Below, in pieces: positions 38,801-47,489 of a stretch of DNA of 64,000 bases. Position 1 is the first letter of the stretch; every line of letters starts with the position of its first letter. This stretch comes from Myxococcota bacterium (GTDB lineage: Bacteria > Myxococcota_A > UBA9160 > UBA4427): the NCBI GenBank assembly GCA_965250285.1, contig OZ252299.1:2432001-2496000 (forward strand). Direction: 5' to 3'. The notes beneath the pieces were generated by a model, which worked only from the letters and a program-made list of their open reading frames with translations, was not told where the DNA came from and did no database searches. The position numbers and the translations under genes were made by a program.

Positions 38801-39217
38801 GACTTCGTCGAAGAGCGCTACCGCGTGCTCTGCAACGGGTTCGAGCTGCCGATGCGCCCCACCGCCACCAACGGCGAGTTCGTCGCCGGCATCCGGTTCC
38901 GCGCCTGGCAGCCTCCGCACTGCCTGCATCCTCGGATCCCCATTCATTCACCTCTGCACATCGACATCTACGACACCTGGAACCGTCGAAGCGTCGCCGG
39001 CTGCACGTATCACGTCGTCCATCCCGGCGGTCGCGCGTCGGAGGTTCGGCCGGTCAATGCAGCGGCCGCCGAGAGCCGCCGACTCGCACGGTTCGAGCAG
39101 CGAGGCCATACTCAAGGCAACTTCGATCCCGTTCGGATCGCACCGCATCCTCACTTTCCGCATCTGCTCGACATGCGCTGGGCCTCGATTCCCGAAGAGC
39201 GCCGCCCGCTTCGCTGA
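35834..39217 (+). CDS. Transglutaminase-like domain fused to DUF2126 putative amidoligase
   Basis: N-terminal HRTSYRY, triad GSCRDSAW / DLHAW / LDPTSG, then GGEPTFVS, TPDPGVIEVN, GGGNHVVLGG and GPTSQAPRVDE. Confidence 0.93.
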   Translation: MAVRVALHHRTSYRYERRIELGPQTIRLRPAPHNRTPIHRYSLRIEPADHFINWQQDAHGNYQARVVVPEKVDRFEVSVDLVADLEAYSPFDYFLEESAREWPFEYDAETLADLKPVLERLPRSPRFAEFMLGLDWKPRETNDMLVETNRAVADAVDYVIRMEPGVQSPEETLALGRGSCRDSAWLLVQVLREMGIAARFVSGYLVQLTPDMKPLEGPEGPEADFTDLHAWCECYVPGAGWIGLDPTSGLLAAEGHIPLAATPSPSLAAPISGLVEDVETEFDFDMSVSRVVNRARVTKPYTEEDWARVLALGDAVDTEMRDADMRLSVGGEPTFVSIDEPDAPEWNTDALGGQKEEIADRLIRRLMNLWAPGGVVQHGQGKWYPGEQLPRWAHACYARADGQPLWHQRDLIAEAGRDYGHDVDDAKAFATRLATRLGLEGVELLEAFEDAWYHLWRERRLPSNVNPQRSHLADPIERARLARVFERGLSTTVGWVLPLAHEETWRTGCWFLRTEPCFLFPGDSPMGFRLPLDSLPWVAEGDEPTPTPLDPFEPRPPLPAPPGWGAQPAHRAAAPPSLQTASRAAGSGTGPPIDPARQAWEAARQSLPMGESAEGIVRTALCVEPRGGQLKVFLPPLTRLEPFIELVAAIEATAVELGLPVQLEGYPPPRDPRLVEFKVTPDPGVIEVNVPPTTSWREAVKQSEELYEATRQERLIAEKFEVDGTHIGSGGGNHVVLGGANPVDSPFLRRPDVLGSLIRYWHNHPGLSFLFSGRFIGPTSQAPRVDEARNDSADELELALAQLPRPEQGEPPPWLVDRVLRNILIDVTGNTHRAEICIDKLYSPDGPAGRLGLVELRAFEMPPHERMSCVQQVLVRSLLAMFWRTPYEAPLVRWRTALHDQFMMPHWVEHDLREVATDLTNAGYPIDMGWFEPHFEFRFPRYGEITLDAMSLEVRGALEPWHVLGEEASASGQARYVDSSVERLQVKTADFVEERYRVLCNGFELPMRPTATNGEFVAGIRFRAWQPPHCLHPRIPIHSPLHIDIYDTWNRRSVAGCTYHVVHPGGRASEVRPVNAAAAESRRLARFEQRGHTQGNFDPVRIAPHPHFPHLLDMRWASIPEERRPLR

Positions 39218-39247
39218 GCCGAACGGCTTCGCCAGGAGAGTCCCCGC

Positions 39248-40051
39248 ATGACGTACTGCCTCGCGATTCGCGTCGACGAGGGGATCGTCTTCGCTGCCGA
39301 CACACGTACGAGTGCCGGCGTCGACTACGTGACGACGTATCGCAAGCTGCACGTCTTCGAGCCAGCACCCGATCGCGCGTTCGTGCTGCTCGCGTCGGGC
39401 AGTCTCGCCACGACGCGCGAGCTGGTCGACCAGATTCGGCGCGACCTCGACAACGCGCCCAACGGCGAGTCGCTCGCATCGGTGTGGTACCCGTTCGAGG
39501 CGGCCGACTACGTCGGGCGCCTCTCGCGCCAGATTCAGGACAAGCACGCCCCAGCGCTGGCGCAGAGCGGCGTCTCGGGCGAGGTGTCCCTGATCCTCGG
39601 CGGCCAGATCCGCGGGCGCGCCCCCGAGCTGATGCTGATCTACCCGCAAGGCAACTACATCGCCGCGACCGACGAGACGCCCTTCTTGCAGATCGGCGAG
39701 ACGAAGTACGGCAAGCCCGTGCTCGACCGACTGGTCGACCGATCGTTGAGTCTGCCCGACGCGGCCCGACTCGCCCTCGTCTCGCTCGACGCCACCGTGC
39801 GCTCGAACATCACGGTGGGTCTGCCCTTCGACTTCGCGGCCATTCGGTCTGAGAGCTTCCGCGTCGAGCCCCGCGCGCGCATCGACGAGTCGACGCCCTA
39901 CTACGTCCACCTGCGCGAGACCTGGCAGCGCGGTTTCGAAGAGATGTTCGCGCGACTCGAGCCGTTCCCGCTCGAGACGTCGCCGACGGGGACCGAGACC
40001 GAGGGCGTCGCGCCTGCTCCGCCGCCCCCGGGCGACCCGCTGCCCAGCTGA
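39248..40051 (+). CDS. Proteasome-type Ntn protease (Anbu family)
   Basis: MTYC N-terminus (Thr nucleophile), DTRTSAGVD, IYPQGNYI, QIGETKYGKPVLDR and SNITVGLP. Confidence 0.93.
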   Translation: MTYCLAIRVDEGIVFAADTRTSAGVDYVTTYRKLHVFEPAPDRAFVLLASGSLATTRELVDQIRRDLDNAPNGESLASVWYPFEAADYVGRLSRQIQDKHAPALAQSGVSGEVSLILGGQIRGRAPELMLIYPQGNYIAATDETPFLQIGETKYGKPVLDRLVDRSLSLPDAARLALVSLDATVRSNITVGLPFDFAAIRSESFRVEPRARIDESTPYYVHLRETWQRGFEEMFARLEPFPLETSPTGTETEGVAPAPPPPGDPLPS

Positions 40052-40085
40052 ATCGCGGCGCCCGGCCCGCAGGCGACCGGGCTGG

Positions 40086-41930
40086 CTACGCCGGGTCGGC
40101 GTCGGCCTCGGCGCGCGACACCTGGACCGTCACCGTCAGGTTCTCCCAACCGCCGCCGCGGTAGATCGTGCCCGACGTCGGCGTCGCGTCGCGGAAGTGG
40201 CGTCCACAGGCGACGCGTACGTGGTCGGTGCTCGCGAGGCATCCGTTGGTCGGATCGAAGCCGAACCAACCCATCCAGGGCAGATAGACCTCGGCCCAGG
40301 CGTGCGACGCATCCGATTGAATCTGGTTCTCGTAGCTCGCACCGGTGTGGATGTAGCCGACGCGATAGCGAGCAGGCACGCCCAGCAAGCGCGCGACGCA
40401 GATGAAGACGTTCGTGAAATCCTGACAGACACCGCGGCGCTGGGTGTAGACCTGAAACGGCGTCGTCTCGACCGTCGTCGAGCCCGGCACGTAGGTGAAG
40501 TCGCGGTAGATCGTGCGGTTCAGGTCGAGCAGCGTCTCGACCAGGTCGTAGTCGCAGCGCTCGACGAAGCTCATCGCGAATTCGGAGAGCTCGCGGAGCT
40601 CGGGCTCGGGCAACTCGGGCGGCATCAGGTAGGGCGCCACCATCTGTCGCTGCCAGGGCATCCAGACGAGCGGGATCTGATCTCGTCGATGCGGTGATTT
40701 CAGATCGGCCGGGCGCACCGCGTGCACACGCACGATGGAGTGGCTCTCCACCACGAGCTCATCGTACGGCGTGTGCACCTCGAGCATGGTCGTGAGATTG
40801 CCGAAGACGTCCTCGAATTCGCGGCGCACGCCATGGCTCGAGATGGTCATCTCGTGCGCCAGCAGATCCTGCCGATCGTCTCGCACCGGTTTCAGACAGA
40901 ACCGGTGCGAGCTCTGCTCGACGGGTTGCTCGTAGCGATAGGTCGTTCGGTGCAAGACCGAGAGCGTCGAGGTGGCCGGGGCGTGATCCCTCGCCTCGAC
41001 CAGCGCCGGGGCGGCGGCGCTCTGCTGCGGAGCACAATCGGTCGGGCCGCCTGCCGGGGCCGAAGCTGCCACGGGATCCACGTGCGAAACCACGCCGAAG
41101 ACATGCTCGTCCATGTTGACAGGGTGGGTGCTCCAGATCGAGGCGCCGCGACGCACGACCCGCAGCTCGCCGGGTTCCATCGGCGTCCACCGCGCCCCCG
41201 CGAGCGGCCACGTCGAGACGATGAAGGCCGTTCGCAGCGCGTCGGTCGGCGCATCGAACGAGATCGACAGTGCCCGCCCGTCGAGCCGCGTCTCATCGTG
41301 CGGCGGTTTGACCCGCGCCCAGTGCATCGGCACGCGCTCGTGCGCGTCGCGATACGCGACCAGATCGATGCCGTCGCTCAGCACGAAGCTCGCGGGACCG
41401 AACTCGTTCAGCTCGGCGAAGAGGTCGCGCAGCTCCTGCCAGCCGTAGTCTTCGATCGTCTTGCACTGCCCCTCGCGCAGGCGCGCCAAGACCCAGCTCA
41501 GCGCGTGCTCGACGGCAGCCTCACCGACGGGCGCGATGTCGAACGCGTCGTCGAGCGGGAGCGCGTCTTTGAGCTCGCGCGCCAGACCGCCCGAGCAGCT
41601 GAAGGCCCACTGGCGCCCCGCGTAGTCTCGGTCGAAGGGCTGCGCCTCGCTCGGATCGACGCGCGGGTGGAAGCCATGGCTGTGCACGATGAAGGTGCTC
41701 GACCGCAGCATGTCGCGACCGCTGAGGTGGCCCGCGAGCGGCACCCCGCTCGGGAGGTCGGTGTCGCGCAGCGCGGTGACGGCACGCTGGTTGTCGGGAT
41801 ACCAGGCGATGCCCCAGCGCGACCTGAGCAGATTGGGCTGGTCGGGGGCTTCGTCCCGCAGCGCGGCCGACGGCGACGCCTGACCGTCGAACGAGAGCGC
41901 GATCTGTTCGCCAAAGGGGACGGGATCCAC
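40086..41930 (-). CDS. Class II glutamine amidotransferase-like domain fused to a transglutaminase (N-domain + core)
   Basis: GATase_4-like motifs WGIAWYP, AQPF and FVLSDG; then HRTTYRY, EDVFGN, GVCQDF, SHAWAEVY and FDPTNG. Start approximate (GTG 41930). Confidence 0.85.
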   Translation of the reverse strand: MDPVPFGEQIALSFDGQASPSAALRDEAPDQPNLLRSRWGIAWYPDNQRAVTALRDTDLPSGVPLAGHLSGRDMLRSSTFIVHSHGFHPRVDPSEAQPFDRDYAGRQWAFSCSGGLARELKDALPLDDAFDIAPVGEAAVEHALSWVLARLREGQCKTIEDYGWQELRDLFAELNEFGPASFVLSDGIDLVAYRDAHERVPMHWARVKPPHDETRLDGRALSISFDAPTDALRTAFIVSTWPLAGARWTPMEPGELRVVRRGASIWSTHPVNMDEHVFGVVSHVDPVAASAPAGGPTDCAPQQSAAAPALVEARDHAPATSTLSVLHRTTYRYEQPVEQSSHRFCLKPVRDDRQDLLAHEMTISSHGVRREFEDVFGNLTTMLEVHTPYDELVVESHSIVRVHAVRPADLKSPHRRDQIPLVWMPWQRQMVAPYLMPPELPEPELRELSEFAMSFVERCDYDLVETLLDLNRTIYRDFTYVPGSTTVETTPFQVYTQRRGVCQDFTNVFICVARLLGVPARYRVGYIHTGASYENQIQSDASHAWAEVYLPWMGWFGFDPTNGCLASTDHVRVACGRHFRDATPTSGTIYRGGGWENLTVTVQVSRAEADADPA

Positions 41931-42161
41931 GTGGACGAGCGTATCGAATCTGGACGAATTCCGAGCCGACAACCCGGGATCGGCGCCCCACGGCGATCGA
42001 TGCTGTGCTGAAACCTGCGCACAGCGGCGGCGACGCTGCCCATCGCCCGGGGCAACGCGGGCGACGACTCGCGTGCGCCCCCGCACTGCGTGCGCCAGGA
42101 GAAGCCCCGCCCGGCTCGACCGAAGACGGGCGCGAACCGGGCGGGGCAAGGTCGAGCCGAG

Positions 42162-43940
42162 CTAGCTGCAGGCGTCCTGCTGAACGCCGTTGCCGCAGTC
42201 GAACAGGATGCGCCCTTCCCCGGCGTTCGGATAGTCGGTCGCCGTCACCGTCCCGAGCGCCTCGAGGAAGTTTCGGAACGACACCTGATCACCCAGCGGC
42301 GTCTGCGTCACCGTCACGCCAGGCGTGTTGGTGAGGTCGGGCTGGCCATCGCCGCCCCCGATCGAGAAGTTGAGCTGCGCGATCGTCGCGGTGCCCACCT
42401 GCGTCACGCCGCCCGCGACGACCACCGTGCCATCCGCAAGCACGAACTCGCTCAGCGTCCCGTCCGGCAGGATCACCACCTGCGTGCCATCCGAGACCTG
42501 AATGAAGCCGCCGTCCTGAACGCCCACACCGCTCACGAGCCCGTTCTCGACGATGGCACGCAGGGTCGCGAACTCGACGTTCTCGGCGATGCTGATGAAG
42601 TTGCCGAAGGGCTGCAGCGCGAACGTATCCGCGACACTGAGGTCGCCGATCGGCACGTCGAGATCCTGACCGCGGATGCCTCCGCCATTCATGAAGAAGA
42701 CCTGCGGCACGGGCAGACCGAGGGGTCCCGCCTCGGCGGTGGCACCGGCCAGATGTGCGTCGGCGATCAGGTTGCCGAGGTTCGCTTCGCGCACGCGCTT
42801 GACGGCGCGCGAGTTGTCGAGCACGACTTCGGTGCTCGCGATCACCTGGGCCTCGAGCGCGGCGCGGGCCTCGGCCACCGGCTCTTCGATCGTGCGCACC
42901 GCACGGCGATTCGCGCGCACGCTGTCGTCGACGACACGCAGACCCGAGTCGCCCTCGTCGATGTCGATCACCTTGCCGTTGCGGTCGAAGCTGACCTGCA
43001 GAATGCCGAGGTAGCGGTAGTTGCCGGGCGTGGTGACGACCGGCACTTCGTTCCCCGACGCGTCGATGGCGATCTGCGGGTATGCGCCGAAGATCTCTTC
43101 TTCGTCACCGGGGACGAGCGCGTCACCGGGGTCGGCGAGGATCTCGTCACCACCCCCACCGATCACGACGTCGACGTCGGTGAGGGAGGAAACCAGCGCG
43201 ATCTCGCTCTGGATCCCTTGCAGGTGCGAAACGAGAATGATCTTGTCGATCCCGAGCCCGGTCAGCGCATCGATCTCGGCCTGCGCGAAACCGGCGAGAT
43301 CCTGCCCCACCTCGACCAGCCCGGGCGACGAGATCTCGCGCAGGGTGTCGGTGGTGAGACCGACGACTCCGATAAGTTCGCCCCGCACCCAGATGACCGT
43401 GCTCGGCACGAGCTGCTTGAGGCCAGCGGTCGCCGGATCGTTGCTGTAGTCGAGATTGGCCGAAACGAAGGGCAGCGTGCCGAAGCGCGGCTGCGCCGCC
43501 TCGGCGAAGCTCGCAAACGTCGAGCTGCCGAAGTCGAACTCGTGATTGCCGATGCCGAGCGCGTCGTAGCCGACGAGCCCGACGGCGAGTGCATCGAAGT
43601 CGATGCCCGCCTCGTTCGAAGCCTCGCGGGTCAGGCCGGCGAGAAAGTTGTCGCCCGAGTTCAGCGTGACGAAGCCGCGCCGAAAGCTCTCGCCGCGGTC
43701 CCAATTGAAGTACGAGCGAAGCCACTCGCGCCGCACCGTCGTGACGAAGCGGCCGATGCCGCCGTACTCGACGCCGTCGATGTCGCTCGGCAAGAGCGCC
43801 GACTCGCCGTCGTTGTTGTGTGCAATCGTGAGGGTGAAGGCCGCGCCCTTCCCCGTCGCAGCGGCCGGCTCGACGGCGATCAGGCCGATGCTCCCCGCCA
43901 TCACTGTCGCGGCGATCAGCCGCTTGGCTTGCTCGAACAT
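42162..43940 (-). CDS. Secreted 5'-nucleotidase/metallophosphoesterase family protein
   Basis: HNNDGES, SGDNF, GNHEFD, VSHL and REANLGNLIADA...NGGGIR motifs; signal peptide. Confidence 0.9.
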   Translation of the reverse strand: MFEQAKRLIAATVMAGSIGLIAVEPAAATGKGAAFTLTIAHNNDGESALLPSDIDGVEYGGIGRFVTTVRREWLRSYFNWDRGESFRRGFVTLNSGDNFLAGLTREASNEAGIDFDALAVGLVGYDALGIGNHEFDFGSSTFASFAEAAQPRFGTLPFVSANLDYSNDPATAGLKQLVPSTVIWVRGELIGVVGLTTDTLREISSPGLVEVGQDLAGFAQAEIDALTGLGIDKIILVSHLQGIQSEIALVSSLTDVDVVIGGGGDEILADPGDALVPGDEEEIFGAYPQIAIDASGNEVPVVTTPGNYRYLGILQVSFDRNGKVIDIDEGDSGLRVVDDSVRANRRAVRTIEEPVAEARAALEAQVIASTEVVLDNSRAVKRVREANLGNLIADAHLAGATAEAGPLGLPVPQVFFMNGGGIRGQDLDVPIGDLSVADTFALQPFGNFISIAENVEFATLRAIVENGLVSGVGVQDGGFIQVSDGTQVVILPDGTLSEFVLADGTVVVAGGVTQVGTATIAQLNFSIGGGDGQPDLTNTPGVTVTQTPLGDQVSFRNFLEALGTVTATDYPNAGEGRILFDCGNGVQQDACS

Positions 43941-44101
43941 GAGTTCTCTCCGTGGTGATGTTCTTCGTGGATGCGGACACGCCCGCGCGTCGTGCACGCA
44001 GGCACCTGCCGAAGCGCACGCCGGCCGGGGCACCGCATCGGTCAGCGGCGTCGCGGCGCGCGAGGCACGCGCACTTCGAGCCCGCAGCATCGACCATGAA
44101 C

Positions 44102-44157
44102 TTGTCGCTTCGAATTCAGCTGGTTGACGCTTCGAGATCGACTGCTTGACGCTTCAG
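44102..44157. repeat. Imperfect 22-bp-period direct repeat (TTGWCGCTTC core x3)
   Basis: TTGTCGCTTCGA at 44102, TTGACGCTTCGA at 44124 and TTGACGCTTCAG at 44146. Confidence 0.75.
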
Positions 44158-44334
44158 AGGTGGGTCTGTCACGAATGCACGACGAGCGCGACGCAATCAC
44201 CTCAGTGGTGGAACCGGCTGAATCGGTGCCCAGGCAGTCGACCGGGACACCGCAGCCCTCGACACGCCACCAGCACGTGTCGGTCGCGCATGCACGCGTG
44301 ATCCACGACGACCAGGCACGCAGACATCACCCGG

Positions 44335-44907
44335 TCAGCTCTCGTTGGCCACCAGCAGAAAACCGACCAGGAGCGCGTAGTACAGCCCCAGGAGGATCTG
44401 GTGCGTCCGGCGCGAGCCCGACCGCATCGCGACGATGCAGGCGACGATCGCGAGCCCGCGAGCCAGATTCTCGGGATGCAGGAGAGGCTGATGCAGGATC
44501 AAGGCATCGCCGACCGTGAAGAGCACGAAGGTCGTGGCGGCCAATCCGTAGACGCGCCCACGCTGCGCGAAGTAGTACTCGCCGAGGTCGATGCGTTCTC
44601 CGGGCGCCGCATCCGATCGAGCGTCGGCTGGCACCAGCACCAGACCCGCGACCACGAGACACCCGACGGGCGCCAGTACCGACAGCACCGCGAGGTAGCT
44701 CCACGTCTCGACGAGCCGGAAGTTCCAGAAGCCCCACCAGAACTGGGTGAGCAGCAGCACGAGTAGACCCGTCGCTGCCAGGTGGACCGGGTCGAAGCGC
44801 ACGCGGTCGCCCGCCTGCAGCAGACGCGCGAAGGCGGCGAACAAGTGGCCGATGCCAATTGCGAGCTCGAGCGAGACGAGGACGGCGATGTACTCGAAGT
44901 GCGTCAT
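44335..44907 (-). CDS. Hypothetical integral membrane protein
   Basis: MTHFEYIAVLVSLELAIG start, about 5-6 TM segments, QFWW and DLGEYYF motifs. Confidence 0.8.
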   Translation of the reverse strand: MTHFEYIAVLVSLELAIGIGHLFAAFARLLQAGDRVRFDPVHLAATGLLVLLLTQFWWGFWNFRLVETWSYLAVLSVLAPVGCLVVAGLVLVPADARSDAAPGERIDLGEYYFAQRGRVYGLAATTFVLFTVGDALILHQPLLHPENLARGLAIVACIVAMRSGSRRTHQILLGLYYALLVGFLLVANES

Positions 44908-45112
44908 GTGATGGTCCGACGATCGCTCAGCCGGGCGCCGTCGCAAGCCATCGACGCGTCGCCTGAGCTCGAATCAGCGAGATGCGACGGGTTCGGTGGG
45001 GTGACTGACGGCGCTGCTGATCGGTGCTTCAATGTCGGTGTGTGCCTAGACCATCGACGCCGGGCCGAGCCGACGCACCCCGCCGATCCACCTGGCCGAA
45101 GCGAGGAAGAGC

Positions 45113-46876
45113 ATGGGCTACGAGCAGATCACGACCGAGCTGGACGACGAGGTGTTGACCATCACCCTCAACCGGCCCGAGAAGCTGAACGCCTGGACCC
45201 ACACGATGATCGCCGAGATGTCCGACGCGATCGCGCAGGGCAACGACGACGACGGCATCGGCGCCTTCGTGATCGCCGGGGCCGGCCGCGCGTTCTGCGC
45301 AGGGGCCGACATCGAGGCGCTGTTCAAGACCCAGGCCGACAGCGGTGAGATCTCGCGCGGGCCCGAGGCCTCGAGCAACTGGGTCGACCTCGTCCGCACC
45401 TCGAAGCCGATGGTCGCCGCCGTGCACGGCGTCTGCTTCGGCGTCGGGCTCAGCCAGCTGATGGGGATGGACGTGATCGTCGCGGCCCGCGACGCGCGCA
45501 TGAGCTTTCGCTTCATCAAGATGGGGCTGATCCCCGAGCTCGGCAGCTCGCGGTTCCTCGTGGCGCGCGCGGGCTTCGGTCAGGCGAGTCGGTTGATGCT
45601 GTCGGGCGACACGTTCTCGGGTGAGGAGGCCGCCCAGATGGGCCTCGCCGACGTCGTCGTCGAAGCCGATGCGCTCCTCGACGAGGCGAAGCGCATCGCG
45701 CGCTCGATGGGGACGAACCCCGGCTGGGCCGTGCGCGAAGTCAAGAAGCTGCTGACCGAGAACATGGGCGAGACCGACCTCGACGTCGTCCAGCGCCGTG
45801 AGCTGCAGTCGCTCAAGCAAGCCTACAAGACGCCCGAGCACCTCGAGGCGATCGACGCGTTCATGCAGAAGCGCGAGCCCGACTTCAAGCGCGCGCGTCG
45901 CGGATCGAGCGGAGCCGACCCCGGCGAACGCGCCGGCCCGAGCGCGTACCGGCTATGCGAGGCCGAGGCACTTTCGCGTGGCGCCGGCGATCGCCTGGGC
46001 CATCGCCGTCGGGCCCTGCCCGAGCAGCTCGAGGTTGAAAACCTCGGGCGCCCAGATCGGATCGACCCCCTTCTTCTCGAGCGCGGCGAAGAGCGCCGCG
46101 AAATCGACCTCTCCGTCGCCGGGCAACAGTCGCTGGGTCATCGACTCGGTCATCATGTCGTCACCGCTCGCGGTGCTCGTCGTGTCGTCGAGCTGCACGC
46201 AGTGAATTCGATCGGCCGGAATCTCGTCGAGCGTGTCGAAGTCGGGCCCGCCCGGCTGTCGCAGCCAGTGCCAGGTGTCGACCACCAGACCGACGTTGTC
46301 GAGGCCGGTCGCCTGCACGAGCTGCCACGCGCTCTTGATGTCGGGGAGCCCCGACCAGGGCAGCCACTCGATGCTGACCTTGAGGCCACGGTCGGCCGCG
46401 ACCTGCCCGAGATGCGTGAGCCCGCGCGTCGCGGCGGCCGTATCGATCTCGGGCGCCATCACCACGCCCGCGACGGCCTCGGCGCCGTAGAAGCTCGCCA
46501 CGTCGAAGGTGCCGCCGTTCATCTGGTCGATCTCGGCCGTGTCGCCACCCTCCCAGCCGATCAGCGACTCGACGACAGGCACGCTGAGCCCGCGATCGTC
46601 GTGCCAGGCCTTCACCTCTTCGGGGGCGACGCCAGCCCCGACGGCGGCCAGGTGGTGGAAGGCCCAGAGCGAGACGCCCGCGAAGCCGGCGTCGGCCGAC
46701 GCATCGACGATGCTCTTCACCTGGTCGGGCGTGACCTCCATGGCACCGCCCACCAAGGGGGCGTTGCACAGCACCAGTCGCTTCTCGTTCACGGGGCTCA
46801 TGGCGTCTCGATCTCCTTGCGCGCGGGGGCGGTTTCGCGGCCCGCTGACCGGGCCTTCGAGGGAGCGCGAGTCTAG
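45113..46876 (+). CDS. Enoyl-CoA hydratase/isomerase. The domain ends near 45900, but the frame has no stop until 46876.
   Basis: ITLNRPEKLNA, AFCAGAD, GLIPELG and AFMQKREPDF motifs. The remainder is the antisense shadow of the convergent gene. Confidence 0.8.
   Translation: MGYEQITTELDDEVLTITLNRPEKLNAWTHTMIAEMSDAIAQGNDDDGIGAFVIAGAGRAFCAGADIEALFKTQADSGEISRGPEASSNWVDLVRTSKPMVAAVHGVCFGVGLSQLMGMDVIVAARDARMSFRFIKMGLIPELGSSRFLVARAGFGQASRLMLSGDTFSGEEAAQMGLADVVVEADALLDEAKRIARSMGTNPGWAVREVKKLLTENMGETDLDVVQRRELQSLKQAYKTPEHLEAIDAFMQKREPDFKRARRGSSGADPGERAGPSAYRLCEAEALSRGAGDRLGHRRRALPEQLEVENLGRPDRIDPLLLERGEERREIDLSVAGQQSLGHRLGHHVVTARGARRVVELHAVNSIGRNLVERVEVGPARLSQPVPGVDHQTDVVEAGRLHELPRALDVGEPRPGQPLDADLEATVGRDLPEMREPARRGGRIDLGRHHHARDGLGAVEARHVEGAAVHLVDLGRVATLPADQRLDDRHAEPAIVVPGLHLFGGDASPDGGQVVEGPERDAREAGVGRRIDDALHLVGRDLHGTAHQGGVAQHQSLLVHGAHGVSISLRAGAVSRPADRAFEGARV
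45953..46801 (-). CDS. Sugar phosphate isomerase/epimerase (xylose isomerase-like TIM barrel)
   Basis: SIEWLP, VVDTWH, VQLDD, RLLPGDGEVD and PEVF metal-binding motifs. Confidence 0.9.
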   Translation of the reverse strand: MSPVNEKRLVLCNAPLVGGAMEVTPDQVKSIVDASADAGFAGVSLWAFHHLAAVGAGVAPEEVKAWHDDRGLSVPVVESLIGWEGGDTAEIDQMNGGTFDVASFYGAEAVAGVVMAPEIDTAAATRGLTHLGQVAADRGLKVSIEWLPWSGLPDIKSAWQLVQATGLDNVGLVVDTWHWLRQPGGPDFDTLDEIPADRIHCVQLDDTTSTASGDDMMTESMTQRLLPGDGEVDFAALFAALEKKGVDPIWAPEVFNLELLGQGPTAMAQAIAGATRKCLGLA

Positions 46877-47029
46877 TTGCCATTTCGCGGCGCTGCCGCG
46901 AACCCTGCCCGCGGCAGCCACCTGCCCGGTGAATGCGAGAGGGACGCACGCGACGTGGGCTGGCGGCGCAGCTCCGTCCCCGTGAGCTACGCGCCACGGG
47001 CCGAGGCGAGGCGGGCTCGATGGGTGTCG

Positions 47030-47452
47030 TCAGGTCGATTCACGCGCAGGCGCGTGCGTGACGCCCAGCTGCGTGATCAGCAGGGCGGCCCCGATCAGCG
47101 CAAACCCCTTGAGGAACGAGGCCTGCTGGATCGCGCGCATCGCCTCGCCCTCCGCGTGGAGCATCTCATAGCCATGGACGGTGACGGTCACGGGCAGCAG
47201 GAAGGCCACGATCAGCCATCCCCCGAGACGCGGTCGCCAATCGAACAGAATCATCCCCGCGCCAACCAGCTCGACGATGCCCGAGCTCAGCACCCAGAAT
47301 TCGCGGAACGGGATCGAAGGGTGCATCAGCGCGGCGTACCGACCGACGTCCGTGAAGTGGGTGATGCCCGACAAGATGAAGATCTGAGTGAAGAGAATGC
47401 GGGCCGCGATCGTCAGCACCCGGTGATTCGGGAGTCGTTCGTCCGAGAGCAC
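47030..47452 (-). CDS. DoxX family membrane protein
   Basis: ARILFTQIFILSGITHF, ELVGAGMI and FLKGFALIGAALL; AGGAGG RBS. Confidence 0.85.
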   Translation of the reverse strand: MLSDERLPNHRVLTIAARILFTQIFILSGITHFTDVGRYAALMHPSIPFREFWVLSSGIVELVGAGMILFDWRPRLGGWLIVAFLLPVTVTVHGYEMLHAEGEAMRAIQQASFLKGFALIGAALLITQLGVTHAPAREST

Positions 47453-47489
47453 GATTCGTTGGACCTCCTGGTCGTGAGGGGATGTCGGC

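Noticed and set aside
44102..44157. 22-bp repeats as plasmid iterons or a mini-CRISPR
   Set aside because: There are only three imperfect copies, no unique spacers of CRISPR length, and no rep or cas genes nearby.
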